Shown one piece after another: positions 27,269-41,800 of a stretch of DNA of 64,000 nt. The notes beneath the pieces were generated by a model. The model was not told the origin of the DNA. It searched no databases and was given only the letters and a program-made list of their open reading frames with translations. Origin of the DNA: Bacteroidales bacterium (GTDB taxonomy: Bacteria > Bacteroidota > Bacteroidia > Bacteroidales > WRLA01); assembly GCA_963676725.1 (NCBI GenBank), contig OY781463.1, positions 205,421 through 269,420 of the forward strand, given 5' to 3'. Position 1 is the first letter of the stretch. Every line of letters begins with the position of its first letter. The position numbers were made by a program, and so were the translations under genes.

Positions 27269-28078
27269 TTAAAGGCCATTGTTTCCCGGAGTCGTTACTT
27301 GCCCAACGCCGCTGCGGTTTACTTGAAAAGCGATGTCTAAGCTCCAGCCAACACGAACAGGCTGTCCGTCTTTTTGTGCCGGAATCCATCTGATTAGTTT
27401 CAACAAACGCATTGCTTCTTCTGTGCATCCGCCACCAAGGTCTTTTTCAACAATTACATTGCTGCTATTGCCGCTGGTTTCAACAATAAACTTTAGCGTA
27501 ACAGTGCCCCTGATCCCTAAACGGCTGGCTGCCTCAGGGTATTGAAGTTGTTCGCTCAGGAATTGTCCAAGTTTTTTGCCATTAGGGAAATCCGGTGTAG
27601 GGATGCTATTGGCTTTGCGAAAGGGGTAAATAACAAAATTTGTGTCGTTTGCAAGATCCAAATTGGGAATTTGATTATAGCCCCTGCGCTTCATTTGCTT
27701 TTTATACTTACGTACATGAAAAGGGATTTCCAAAACTTGTTTCCCTTTTACTTTTTTGCCATTGCTCAGTGCAGGCAGCCAGCAGATTTTTTTCATAATC
27801 CTAATGGCTTCCTTATCAATTTCCGGATCAACAGATTGTGAAATGCTATAATCAATCATCTGCCCTTTTTCATCAATCTCTACGATGATACGCACATCGC
27901 CGGAAATATTGTTTTCCAAAGCTTTTTCTGGATAAACCATCTCCATCGAAAAGAAATCGTGTAACATCTTTTTATTGTCTACAGTCGAAACACTTCTGTT
28001 CTGTGCATTTAATAAGCTTGAAGACAGAAAGAGTGCTATCGTAAGGATTAAAGTCTGATTAATAATATTTAGTCTCAT
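27269..28078 (-). CDS. Protein with two TonB C-terminal-like domains
   Basis: ATG at 28078 gives a signal/anchor sequence, MRLNIINQTLILTIALFLSSSLLNAQ. There are two copies of the TonB_C pattern: YPEKALENNISGDVRIIVEIDEKGQ...ICWLPALSNGKKV and YPEAASRLGIRGTVTLKFIVETSGN...IRWIPAQKDGQPV. Confidence 0.75.
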   Translation of the reverse strand: MRLNIINQTLILTIALFLSSSLLNAQNRSVSTVDNKKMLHDFFSMEMVYPEKALENNISGDVRIIVEIDEKGQMIDYSISQSVDPEIDKEAIRIMKKICWLPALSNGKKVKGKQVLEIPFHVRKYKKQMKRRGYNQIPNLDLANDTNFVIYPFRKANSIPTPDFPNGKKLGQFLSEQLQYPEAASRLGIRGTVTLKFIVETSGNSSNVIVEKDLGGGCTEEAMRLLKLIRWIPAQKDGQPVRVGWSLDIAFQVNRSGVGQVTTPGNNGL

Positions 28079-28458
28079 TGCATGGGGGTTTTGAATCCCT
28101 AAAATACAAATAATTTTATTTTTAGCAAGGCATAAAAAGCATTTACTAATAGAACTTAAGTTGTACATCACATTATTAAAGATATGGATGTCGTGACTTT
28201 TATATAATTTGTGCTGTATTGTGTATTTTGATTGTCTTTCTGTCGGTTGGGCGTAGAAATACAAATCTTGTTATCAGTAAATAGGCCTTGGTACATAGTC
28301 AGCAAGATCCTATCAAGAATCCAGAACCTTCCCAAGGCTATATCAATCCATCATCGGCCTTCCTTCATTTTTAGTATATTTGCATTACTGAGTTTCGGAT
28401 TGAATGATTTCTGCAATAAACCAAACGATGGCTGAATTTAAAAGATCAATAATATCCT

Positions 28459-29727
28459 ATGAAAATCCATAAACAGTATTTATTTTATAGTCTAATATTT
28501 GGGTTTGCAACACTCTTATTGCTTTTTACTTCCTGCACAGGTCTCAATAAACTAAGCTCCTATAATTTTGCGTCCTCCTATATGGAGAAAAACGCCAGTA
28601 AAAAAGCTGAGTTTAGATTGTTTCAAGTTTGCAACGATAGTGTAAGGGCTTATGTTTCAGTCGATTTATCAGGTTTTGAGACGCGTGAAATCGCACAATC
28701 AGGTCTCTATCTCGATTATAGCCTGCGTTTTTTTGTATATGATGAAGCGGATATTTCCAAGGTTCCTGATACTTTTATATTTCATCACACAGAATTGCCT
28801 GCTTTATTGGCTTCCACTGCCATTGAAAATGAATGCAGCTTTCTATTGAAGGATGAAGGGGCTTATTTGATCGAATTACGGATTAAAGACTTGAATTCTG
28901 AGAAGGAAATCCGTCTTTTACGCATGTTGGATAATAAAGGACATTCGCCGGCCTCTTCATTTTTACCGGTAAATCAGCAAGGCGATATTCTCTATAATGA
29001 TGACCGTTTCAGAAAAGGCAAGACAATAGAACTGCAAACCGCACTTCCACAAGAAAGCTTTTGGGTGTATTATTTTTCTCAGGATGTTCCGATAGCCGAG
29101 CCGCCTTTTGTTTATGATGATGGAAAAATAGAAGCATTAAGGCCTGATTCGCTCTTCAGGATTTATCGCAACATAAATCATAATGTGACATTCACGCCAT
29201 TTGCTCAAGGGGCTTATTTTATCCTGAGCGATACAAACAGCAAACAGGGCTATACAGCCATGGTATTTGGCAATGCCTACCCAAAAATTCAATATCCTAT
29301 TGAAATGCTGATGCCATTACGTTATATCAGCTCCGCAAATGAGTTTGCCGAATTGCTGCAATACCGAGATGCAAAATTGGCAGTAGATTCTTTTTGGGTG
29401 GCCAATGCAGGAAATCCTGAGCGTGCCCGAAGGCTTATTTCAACTTACTACGGAAGGGTAGAACGCGCCAACGAATTGTTCTCCTCATGGAAGCAAGGTT
29501 GGCAGACCGATAGGGGCCTTATATATATAATGTATGGTGAACCGCATATTGTTTATAAAAGTCCCAATGCGGAGAGCTGGATTTATGGGGAAGAAAGCAA
29601 TTATAAATCCATAAGGTTCGATTTTCAGCGCATCGATAATCCGCTCAGCAAAACAGATTTTAAATTATTGAGACAGCCGGAATACAAATCATCATGGTAT
29701 TATCAGGTCGACCGTTGGCGGCGATAA
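28459..29727 (+). CDS. GWxTD domain-containing protein
   Basis: Signal/lipoprotein-like N-terminus (LLFTSC) and a C-terminal GWQTDRGLIYIMYGEP motif, the GWxTD signature. Confidence 0.85.
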   Translation: MKIHKQYLFYSLIFGFATLLLLFTSCTGLNKLSSYNFASSYMEKNASKKAEFRLFQVCNDSVRAYVSVDLSGFETREIAQSGLYLDYSLRFFVYDEADISKVPDTFIFHHTELPALLASTAIENECSFLLKDEGAYLIELRIKDLNSEKEIRLLRMLDNKGHSPASSFLPVNQQGDILYNDDRFRKGKTIELQTALPQESFWVYYFSQDVPIAEPPFVYDDGKIEALRPDSLFRIYRNINHNVTFTPFAQGAYFILSDTNSKQGYTAMVFGNAYPKIQYPIEMLMPLRYISSANEFAELLQYRDAKLAVDSFWVANAGNPERARRLISTYYGRVERANELFSSWKQGWQTDRGLIYIMYGEPHIVYKSPNAESWIYGEESNYKSIRFDFQRIDNPLSKTDFKLLRQPEYKSSWYYQVDRWRR

Positions 29728-29813
29728 GTGGTTTTTTATTGTTAAGCTGATCTTTTTGGGTTTATTCCCCCCCCCCGTTTTATAATAGGCATCCTTTCCA
29801 TTGCGGGATGTTG

Positions 29814-30365
29814 CTATAGGCCAAATTCGAAGCCAATCCTGAAAATCGGATTATTATAAACGGAATATTCTGTGTCGTTCAAATTAAAAAGGACCATCAA
29901 ATTTACGGCTGCACTTGCCCCCAACCATTGTCTGTAGCCTCCACCAATCAAATAACTCGACACATTGCGCCTGGTTTTCTCCCAACTTAGATAAGTCATT
30001 TGTTCATAACTCAGGAGTTCGTATTCAGCGTGGGCAAAGAAATCACCAAATAGATAATAGCGGGTAAATAGCCTTCCTCCATAAATATTTGTACTGTATG
30101 TTGGGCTGTACCTCTTGTCTTCATAGTACATATAAGTAATGCCAACACCGGCAATCCACCTTTCGGTGAGACGATATCCCATAAGTGGGGACACTTCGAT
30201 GGAGGTTATTGTTCCGAGTTGCAATCCTAAATTTCCACCAAAGAAAACGCGCTGACCGAAACTCGAAGGATCTTTTTTTAGATTAACATCTTGAAATTGA
30301 GCATTTAATGAGATTGATAGACCTGTGATAAGGCAGAATATTGCTATTATTGTTTTGATATTCAT
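29814..30365 (-). CDS. Putative small outer-membrane beta-barrel protein
   Basis: ATG at 30365 gives MNIKTIIAIFCLITGLSISLNAQ. The body shows an alternating aromatic/Gly beta-strand pattern and ends in IGFEFGL. Confidence 0.6.
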   Translation of the reverse strand: MNIKTIIAIFCLITGLSISLNAQFQDVNLKKDPSSFGQRVFFGGNLGLQLGTITSIEVSPLMGYRLTERWIAGVGITYMYYEDKRYSPTYSTNIYGGRLFTRYYLFGDFFAHAEYELLSYEQMTYLSWEKTRRNVSSYLIGGGYRQWLGASAAVNLMVLFNLNDTEYSVYNNPIFRIGFEFGL

Positions 30366-30521
30366 ATAGTTATGTCTTTTTAGCAAAGATAATGATTTCT
30401 GTGGAATGGAATGGATTTGCTAAAATTTTGCTGAGCATGAATTTTTCCAAAAAACTTTTCTTTATAATATTCTCATTTTCAGCAATTATTTCAATTCAAC
30501 AAAAATTAGCACAAAAAATCG

Positions 30522-30552
30522 CTTGTAGGATAAAAAAGGTTTTATACTTTTG
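30522..30552 (+). promoter_or_regulatory. rRNA operon promoter module P0 (weaker -33)
   Basis: CTTG(30522-30525)-N19-TACTTTTG(30545-30552), followed by GCAGCCGCATTTGG, which resembles the box found after P1-P3. Confidence 0.45.
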
Positions 30553-30652
30553 CAGCCGCATTTGGAGGAACGTCCTTAACATATTGTTTTTCGTTTTCGC
30601 GTTGATTGATTTTTGGGTTCGAGAGGGCAACAAAAATAATTTTCAAAAAACA

Positions 30653-30683
30653 TTTGGTTGTTTCGAATAAATAACTACTTTTG
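30653..30683 (+). promoter_or_regulatory. rRNA operon promoter module P1
   Basis: TTTG(30653-30656)-N19-TACTTTTG(30676-30683) matches the Bacteroides-type -33/-7 consensus TTTG/TAnnTTTG. It is followed by the conserved CACCCCCGTTT box. Confidence 0.7.
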
Positions 30684-30791
30684 CACCCCCGTTTGATACG
30701 GGCATAAGTTCATGTTTTTGATGGCGCGTTTAGAGCGGTTTTTTCATTTTTTAGGGCTGAGCGATTGGTTCAAAAAAAACTTCAAAAAACA

Positions 30792-30822
30792 TTTGGTTGT
30801 TTAAAAAAAACGACTACTTTTG
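30792..30822 (+). promoter_or_regulatory. rRNA operon promoter module P2
   Basis: TTTG(30792-30795)-N19-TACTTTTG(30815-30822), followed by CACCCCCGTTT. The upstream CAAAAAACATTTGG is identical to that of P1. Confidence 0.7.
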
Positions 30823-30927
30823 CACCCCCGTTTCGATGGGACAACGTACAGGAGGTTTAGTTTAACTAGGCGATGATTTTTGGGATTTTCCTTCACGAGA
30901 GAGGGTTTAAAAAAAAATCAAAAAACA

Positions 30928-30958
30928 TTTGGACGTAACGAAAAAGCGAGTATCTTTG
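30928..30958 (+). promoter_or_regulatory. rRNA operon promoter module P3
   Basis: TTTG(30928-30931)-N19-TATCTTTG(30951-30958), followed by CACCCCCGTTT. It lies about 140 nt upstream of the mature 16S 5' end. Confidence 0.7.
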
Positions 30959-31095
30959 CACCCCCGTTTAGCGGCAAGTTAAACACGAAGGGGCACAAAA
31001 AGAGAGAACGAAAGTACATTGACATATTGATGAACAGCAACTAGCCATCTTTGGAAGGTTAAAAACTAGCTCTGATAGATATTAATAACATTATT

Positions 31096-32617
<1,522 letters not shown>

Positions 32618-32691
32618 GGAGGAGCGGTTTTTACCGCCAAAGATGGTGCTGTTCACAATATATATATAGACACACACACCTTAAGTGTGAT

Positions 32692-32765
32692 AGTCTCGTA
32701 GCTCAGTTGGTTAGAGCACTACACTGATAATGTAGGGGTCGGCAGTTCGAGTCTGCCCGAGACTA
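32692..32765 (+). tRNA. tRNA-Ile (anticodon GAT)
   Basis: Cloverleaf read by eye: acceptor AGTCTCG/CGAGACT, D-arm TAGCTCAGTTGGTTAGAGC, anticodon loop CTGATAA, T-arm GGCAGTTCGAGTCTGCC. CCA is not encoded. Confidence 0.93.
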
Positions 32766-32782
32766 CGGCGACTATAACTTAA

Positions 32783-32856
32783 GGGGGATTAGCTCAGTTG
32801 GCTAGAGCGCCTGCCTTGCACGCAGGAGGTCAAGGGTTCGACTCCCTTATTCTCCA
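32783..32856 (+). tRNA. tRNA-Ala (anticodon TGC)
   Basis: Acceptor GGGGGAT/ATTCTCC with the G3:U70 pair, anticodon loop CTTGCAC, T-arm AAGGGTTCGACTCCCTT. Confidence 0.93.
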
Positions 32857-33119
32857 CAAGAGGAAATAACGTACATACAGGAAACTGAGAACACGAGAAG
32901 ACAAAGAAAAAGGAAGTGGCAAGAGAAAGCCACAAGGGTTCGATCCCCTGAATTGTCACAAGTATGCCCCATAAGGGTTTAGCCACCCGCAAAGAGGGCA
33001 TAATCTCATCGCACGCACAGTCTGTAGCTGGTCATAACGGCAAGGGCAAAGCGAAAGAAAGGATGAGAGAACGTACATTGACATGCTGCAGAGAATAGAA
33101 AAATTTTATAAAGTATCAC

Positions 33120-35938
<2,819 letters not shown>

Positions 35939-35985
35939 GTGAGAAACAAAATTTTTCGATAATCTGCAGTGTGTCAACGATATTT

Positions 35986-36093
<108 letters not shown>

Positions 36094-36103
36094 CTTTAAT
36101 TTT

Positions 36104-36137
36104 AAACCCGACCTGTCATGGTCGGGTTTTATTTTGA
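36104..36137 (+). terminator. rRNA operon terminator
   Basis: Stem AACCCGACC / GGTCGGGTT with a 6-nt loop, followed by TTTATTTTG. Confidence 0.8.
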
Positions 36138-36194
36138 TTTTTTTTATATATTTGTTTATTATTTCCTACTATATATCTTTGTTGGTTTTGCGAA

Positions 36195-36222
36195 GCCCTG
36201 CGCCCTGCAGGGCATTTTTTTT
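36195..36222 (+). terminator. Second hairpin plus T8 run; overlaps the stop codon of the convergent REC-PP2C gene
   Basis: Stem GCCCTGC(36195-36201)/GCAGGGC(36207-36213), then T-run 36215-36222. Confidence 0.55.
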
Positions 36223-37381
36223 ACCTAAATTTTACACTTAACATCGTAATGTCATCACTCTGAATAGCTCCTTTTGCATGGGCTGTTAATGCTGCGCTTA
36301 CTTCTGAGATAAGCTCCGCCGGACTCATGTTTGTGCATCTCTCGAGTAATTCTTCCAATGCGTTGTCGCTAAATAGATTGTTCTGTACGTCCATTGATTC
36401 GGTTACGCCATCAGTATATAAGAATAAACTGTCGCCTGCTTTTAAATGTGTCTCAAGGGTATTATAAGATAATCCTTCTAAAACACCAAGAACCGTATTC
36501 CCTGTCAGCTTTAATCGCTCAATATTTCCATCTGAATGCAATATGTATGGAGGATTGTGACCTGCATTGCAATAGCTCAGCTTTCCGGTATTGATTTCCA
36601 GAATGCAGTAAAATGTGGTTACAAACATATCATTGATATTTTCCTTGCACAATAATTCGTTTGAATAATTCATGCATTCATCTGGTGATAGCCCTTTTAA
36701 TGCTGCAGCCCTTATAATTGTACGACTTACCGCCATATAAATTGCTGCAGGGATTCCTTTATCTGATACATCTGCAATTACTAAACCCAGATGCGTGTCG
36801 TCAATCATGAAGAAATCATAAAAATCTCCCCCTACTGACTTCGCTGCCTCCATTTGCGCATAAATATCAAATTCAGTATGCTCCGGAAAAGCTGGAAAAT
36901 TTTTGGGTAATATAGATTGCTGTATCTCTTTAGCGATGCTTAAATCATGCTGTATTGCCTCAAGTTGATAATGTTCTTTTTCTGCTTTCTGTAGCAAACT
37001 AACATGCTCAATCGTTTTATTGATGGTAATTTCAAGATCAGTAAAGTCAATTGGTTTTGTGGTAAAATCAAATGCTCCACGGTTCATGGCCGTTCGTATA
37101 TTGTCCATGTCTCCGTACGCTGAAACCATTACTGTCTTGAGTGTTGGATTTTTAAGCTCATTGATTTTTGTTAACAATGTGAGTCCATCCATTTCCGGCA
37201 TATTAATATCTGATAGGATAATGCAGGTGTCCGGATGTTCCAATATTGCGGCTAATGCCTCTAGGCCGTTTCCTGCAAAGTGGAATTCAAATTGTCCTTT
37301 TCTGATTTGCCTTCTGAATTTTTGTTTGATGAGCATTTCCATATCGGGCTCATCATCAACGCATAATATTTTAAAAGCCAT
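36221..37381 (-). CDS. Response regulator with PP2C/SpoIIE-type serine phosphatase output (RsbU-like architecture)
   Basis: The N-terminal receiver has DDEPD, the phospho-acceptor context ILSDINMPEMDG, and TKP. The C-terminal PPM motifs are GGDFYDF, DVSDKGIPAA, YTDGVTE and DDITML. Confidence 0.9.
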   Translation of the reverse strand: MAFKILCVDDEPDMEMLIKQKFRRQIRKGQFEFHFAGNGLEALAAILEHPDTCIILSDINMPEMDGLTLLTKINELKNPTLKTVMVSAYGDMDNIRTAMNRGAFDFTTKPIDFTDLEITINKTIEHVSLLQKAEKEHYQLEAIQHDLSIAKEIQQSILPKNFPAFPEHTEFDIYAQMEAAKSVGGDFYDFFMIDDTHLGLVIADVSDKGIPAAIYMAVSRTIIRAAALKGLSPDECMNYSNELLCKENINDMFVTTFYCILEINTGKLSYCNAGHNPPYILHSDGNIERLKLTGNTVLGVLEGLSYNTLETHLKAGDSLFLYTDGVTESMDVQNNLFSDNALEELLERCTNMSPAELISEVSAALTAHAKGAIQSDDITMLSVKFR

Positions 37382-37395
37382 AATATAATGTTTTC

Positions 37396-37995
37396 TTAGT
37401 TTTCATTGTTTAAACGCATTTTCCAGCCAAACTGTGCGCAAAATTTTCCAAGATTTAGATCATCCATTGCAGATGAATAGATCATGAAAATGGTGTTGGG
37501 AATATAAAATTCTATAAGCGGACCGGCAGCAATAAAACTTCCATTATGCACTTCTGTTGCGCCAATACGAAATGCCCCCAATTTATAGGTAAAGATGCAC
37601 TGAGAGCGGTCTTTATCTCCACCCCATTCATATACACCGAAGAAAAAAAGTTTTTTGTGAAAGAGATACACTACCGGAGAATATCTTTCAGGACTACCAT
37701 TGCCGGTTTGGAGGCCAACTTTAAATCCTGCAATAAGCCATGGTGCTATATTAACATCAACACCAAAAACTGATTCGCCCCAATGTTCCCTTATCAAACT
37801 GTAGCTGGCAAATGAGAATGTTTTGTTTAAAGCACTCTGAGTTGCTAATGTGGCCGTAATAAATGAGGGGTCTGTGCCTAAATCTTCATGATAAAAATAG
37901 TAATTGTGCAAACTCAGCTTTGTTTGAGCCATAGTTGTGTAATTCGCTGAGATCAGCAATATCACTACAATGAATATGACGTTTGTTTTAAACAT
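37396..37995 (-). CDS. Hypothetical secreted beta-rich protein (199 aa)
   Basis: Signal peptide (VIFIVVILLISANYTTMAQ) and an aromatic/Gly-rich body. Its start overlaps the upstream kinase stop by 8 nt. Confidence 0.55.
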   Translation of the reverse strand: MFKTNVIFIVVILLISANYTTMAQTKLSLHNYYFYHEDLGTDPSFITATLATQSALNKTFSFASYSLIREHWGESVFGVDVNIAPWLIAGFKVGLQTGNGSPERYSPVVYLFHKKLFFFGVYEWGGDKDRSQCIFTYKLGAFRIGATEVHNGSFIAAGPLIEFYIPNTIFMIYSSAMDDLNLGKFCAQFGWKMRLNNEN

Positions 37996-38842
37996 GTTTT
38001 TTTATTGGCAAACAAATAGTAAACTGTGTGAATTCCCCTTGCTGACTATCTATGGTGATGCTTCCATTATGCTTTTTCTCAATAATTTCCCGCACCATAG
38101 CAAGACCTAATCCTGTTCCTTTTCCTACTTCTTTTGTGGAAAAGAAGGGGAGAAATATTTTTTCTCGGATATGTTCCGGTATGCCTATGCCGTTGTCGTG
38201 AAATGTGATTTGTACGCATTCGCCTTTATTCTCTGTGGCTATTTTAATCTCAGGCGTATATTGTTCGATCTTGAGGGTAGATTTCACAAAAACAGCATAG
38301 CAAGCATTATTCACTATATTTAGTATGGCACGGGAAATATCCTGAGGGATAATTTCTATAGGAGGAAAATCTATAGCAAATTGATATTCGATGCTGGTAT
38401 TGAATGTGCTGTCCGATGCACGCATCCCGTGATATGCGAGTTTTGTGTATTCTTCCACCATTTTGTTGATGTCGGTGCGCTGAAAAGCACCTTCCTTGCC
38501 CCTTGTTTGTAGGAGCATGCCTTTAATGATATTCTGTGCACGTTTTCCGTGTTCTGAAATTTTGCTTGAATTCGCTTCCAGCATTTCAGCAATTTCTGTA
38601 AGCTCGTCAAGAGATTCTGAGAGATGTTCCTGATCCTGAATTTCTTCGATAATCGCCTTTATGTCTTCCGTCAATTGAATATTTAACTGGGCAAAATTAT
38701 TCACAAAATTGAGGGGATTTTGAATTTCATGCAAAATGCCGGCAGTTAATCGCCCGACAGCGGCTAATTTTTCCTGCTGAATAATTTGATCCTCTAGCTT
38801 TGAAATCCTGTTTTCTAGTTCTTCAATTTTATTTTGATTCAT
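37988..38842 (-). CDS. Soluble, sensor-less histidine kinase (coiled coil + DHp + HATPase)
   Basis: H-box [14 protein letters not shown] (His38 codon 38729-38731), N-box [11 protein letters not shown], G1 HDNGIGI, G2 GTGLGL. No hydrophobic segment. Confidence 0.85.
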   Translation of the reverse strand: [284 protein letters not shown]

Positions 38843-38858
38843 AATATCTGGATTTTCA

Positions 38859-41800
38859 TCATGATATAGGAATAGTCACTGTAAATAATGTCCAATCATT
38901 AATGGATGATTCGACATCGATCCTGCCAGAATGGTTCTGGATAATTTCTTTGGCGATATATAATCCTGTGCCTGTTCCTTCAGCTGTTGGTTTTGTGGTA
39001 AAAAACGGATCGAATATTTTCTTTTTTTCCAACTCACTGATGCCCATGCCGTAATCTTTAATGCTAAAAACGGCAAACCTGCCATCAATACAGCTATTTA
39101 TTTCTATTTCCAATCGTTCGATATTTGATTTTTTTGTTTTCTGAATACTGGTATAGAAGGCATTACGCAATAGATGATAGATGACCTGAGCGATTCCATT
39201 GGCAATTATTGGGGCATTTAATTCTTTATTCAATTGAAGGATTGGAATAATTTTTTCACCATTTTCATAGGTGGAAAATTCTTTTTGGACTATTGCTGCG
39301 CCCTGTGTCAAAAGGCTATTGATATCTGTTCTTTGTTTTTCGCCACTTCTGTCGCGCAAAAGATTTTCCATACCTTTTACTATGCGTGCAGTATTTGTTC
39401 CGTGTTCATGGATTTTTTGCACATTCTGCTCCAGCATTTCTGTAATTTCTGAAAGTTCTTCTGTGTCCTCATCAGATAAATTGCTTTCGCTGCCTTTTAT
39501 TATTTCATTTTGCTCTTGGATTAATTCAGCGGATAGTTGCGCAAAATTATTGATATAATTTAAGGGGTTTATGATCCTGTCGACGATGCCCTGAGTGAGT
39601 TTACCGACGGAGGCCAGTTTTTCTTTGCGGATTAATTCCTGCTGTGTGCTTTCCAGGCTGTGGAGGGTTTGCTCAATTTCATGCAATAAATTTGTTTTAA
39701 TAAACGCAGAAACCAGATGCTCTTTGATATTCCTGAATTGTTCGCAGATTTCCTCATCAAAGGCTTGATGCTCATACATATTTTCCATAATCAGATAGCC
39801 CATAACCCTGTTTTTATACCGGATGAGCATGATGATCATCGCAGAAGATTTCTCAAAAACATTTTTTAGTTTTCCCTCAAATTCAATCTGTGGGCTATTT
39901 TTCAGGAAGATGTCTTCAAAAACTTCAGTAGTTTGACTTAAGTATTGTTTTTCAATATCTTCTGTGCTAAGTTTGATGTGTTTTGCCTGTTCAATTTTTC
40001 TTCCTGCTGAGGATGTAAAGCTATAAGTGCCGAGCGTCTCATCAAACATAAGAGAGGTCGCAGTATCAACATTTGGAAGTAGTTGCAGTTTTTTAAGAAG
40101 GGCATCCAAAAGTAAATCCAATTGTATTTCAGCATTAATTGATTTCACCAAATTGTTAATGCCTTCCAATTCTTCGTTTTTCTTGCTTAGTTCTCCCGAT
40201 TGTTGCTTTAAAGCCTCTTTTTGTTTATTGATTTCATGGGTGCGTTCCTCAATAATTCCTTCCAAGCGTTGTTTGTCGCGCATCAATTGAGCCGACCGAT
40301 ACCTTATATACAGAACGATAATAAGGATGAGTGTAAAAATATAGGCCAGATAGGCCATCACTGTATTATACCAGGCCGGATGGATTAAGAAAGAAAAAGT
40401 AATCGGATCGCTCTCTGTTCCGTCGGGGAGTTTTGTTCGTACTTGAAACTCGTACTTTCCTTTTAATAAGTTAGTGTATTCTTTTGAGTGCTCTTGAGAC
40501 CATTCTGACCAGCTGTCATTTAAGCCCTTCAAGCGATAACTGAACAGTACTTCTGCGCCAACATCAAAATTGGTAGATGCAAATTGAAAAAGAAAGTGGC
40601 TCAACTTATGCGGTATGTCCATTGTCGTCTGTTGTTCTAGATCGAAAATAGAATCTCCGGCTTTTATCTTAGTAAAGAAAATGCTGGTTTCGGGCCTGCG
40701 AACATCATTATTTTTTGTTTGAATCAGGAAAATTTTATTTTGACCACCCAGCCAAATATGATTGGAATCAGGGGCATAGGCACAACGGATATCTTCGCCT
40801 TTAAGACGGTATAGTTCTTGCTTTGAAACGGTATAACATTTCGATGTTTTTTTAAAGAGCCTGCTCTCCTTTGATTCTGCTCCGTATGTGTATAATATGC
40901 TATTCGACAAAGAAATAACAGGGTTTAACCATTGATTATTAATCTCTTCTTTGCAGAATAGTTCTGTGTCTGAAAAAGAATTTGATGTTTTATCGTAAAT
41001 GAGAATTCCCCCGCCATAATTAATATGCAAAATATTGTCCGCAATAAAAATCCCACTCGTATTATTGGATGGTAGCCCTTTGTCACCAAAGGGATATAGA
41101 ATTGGTTTTTCTGTTTGCTGTATATCCAAACGCCAGACCCCATCTCCGGGTGCATGAAACCAAATGTTTTTCCCATCGCTCAAAACTGTCCTGATTTCAG
41201 TATTTTTTATAATGTCTTTTTTAATCTGTGTTTGATTGTTATAGGAAAAAGCTCCTCGTGTAGTCCCTGCAAAAATCATATTGCCCTCAAGCACCATGGA
41301 CAATACAAACTCATCAGTGATTTTTGCTATTCCTGAATTATTGATTGCATACAATCCATCACTACAGCCGGCCCAAAGTATATTATTTTCTTCATCTTTT
41401 TGGAGTGTCCAACAGGCTGTATTAATCTCTTTTAGGGCAGTAAATTTTTCTTTTTCCATCCGAAAAAGCCCTTGCATTCCGGCAACATACAGTTGATGAT
41501 TATAATTTAAGAGCGCATTAATGTCTCCTTCAATTCCATTGGATCTGTTATACAGGCTAATATCTGATGGGATTGCGCATAATGCAATGCCTCCATTCAT
41601 GCTTAACCAGAGGTTTTGGTCCTTCTTACTGTAATTCATTGCAGTCACATCAAAAGTTCCATAAACGGGATGGTCTGCAGTATGCATCTGTATAAGGCCA
41701 TCATTATTGAAAAGAAATGCACCTTTATGCTTCGTTCCCAGCATCATCAACTCATTATTAATCCGCTGAATGCAACTGCATTGTCCTTGTTTTGCCATCA

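Noticed and set aside
29767-29775. C9 homopolymer as a phase-variation switch
   Set aside because: It lies in the 86-nt gap between two convergent stop codons (29727 and 29814). Length changes would alter neither a reading frame nor promoter spacing. It may be a slippage hotspot or sequencing-prone site only.
30392-30670. 92-aa ORF upstream of the 16S gene
   Set aside because: It overlaps the repeated rRNA promoter modules. It is AT-rich and low-complexity, with no signal of selection for coding.
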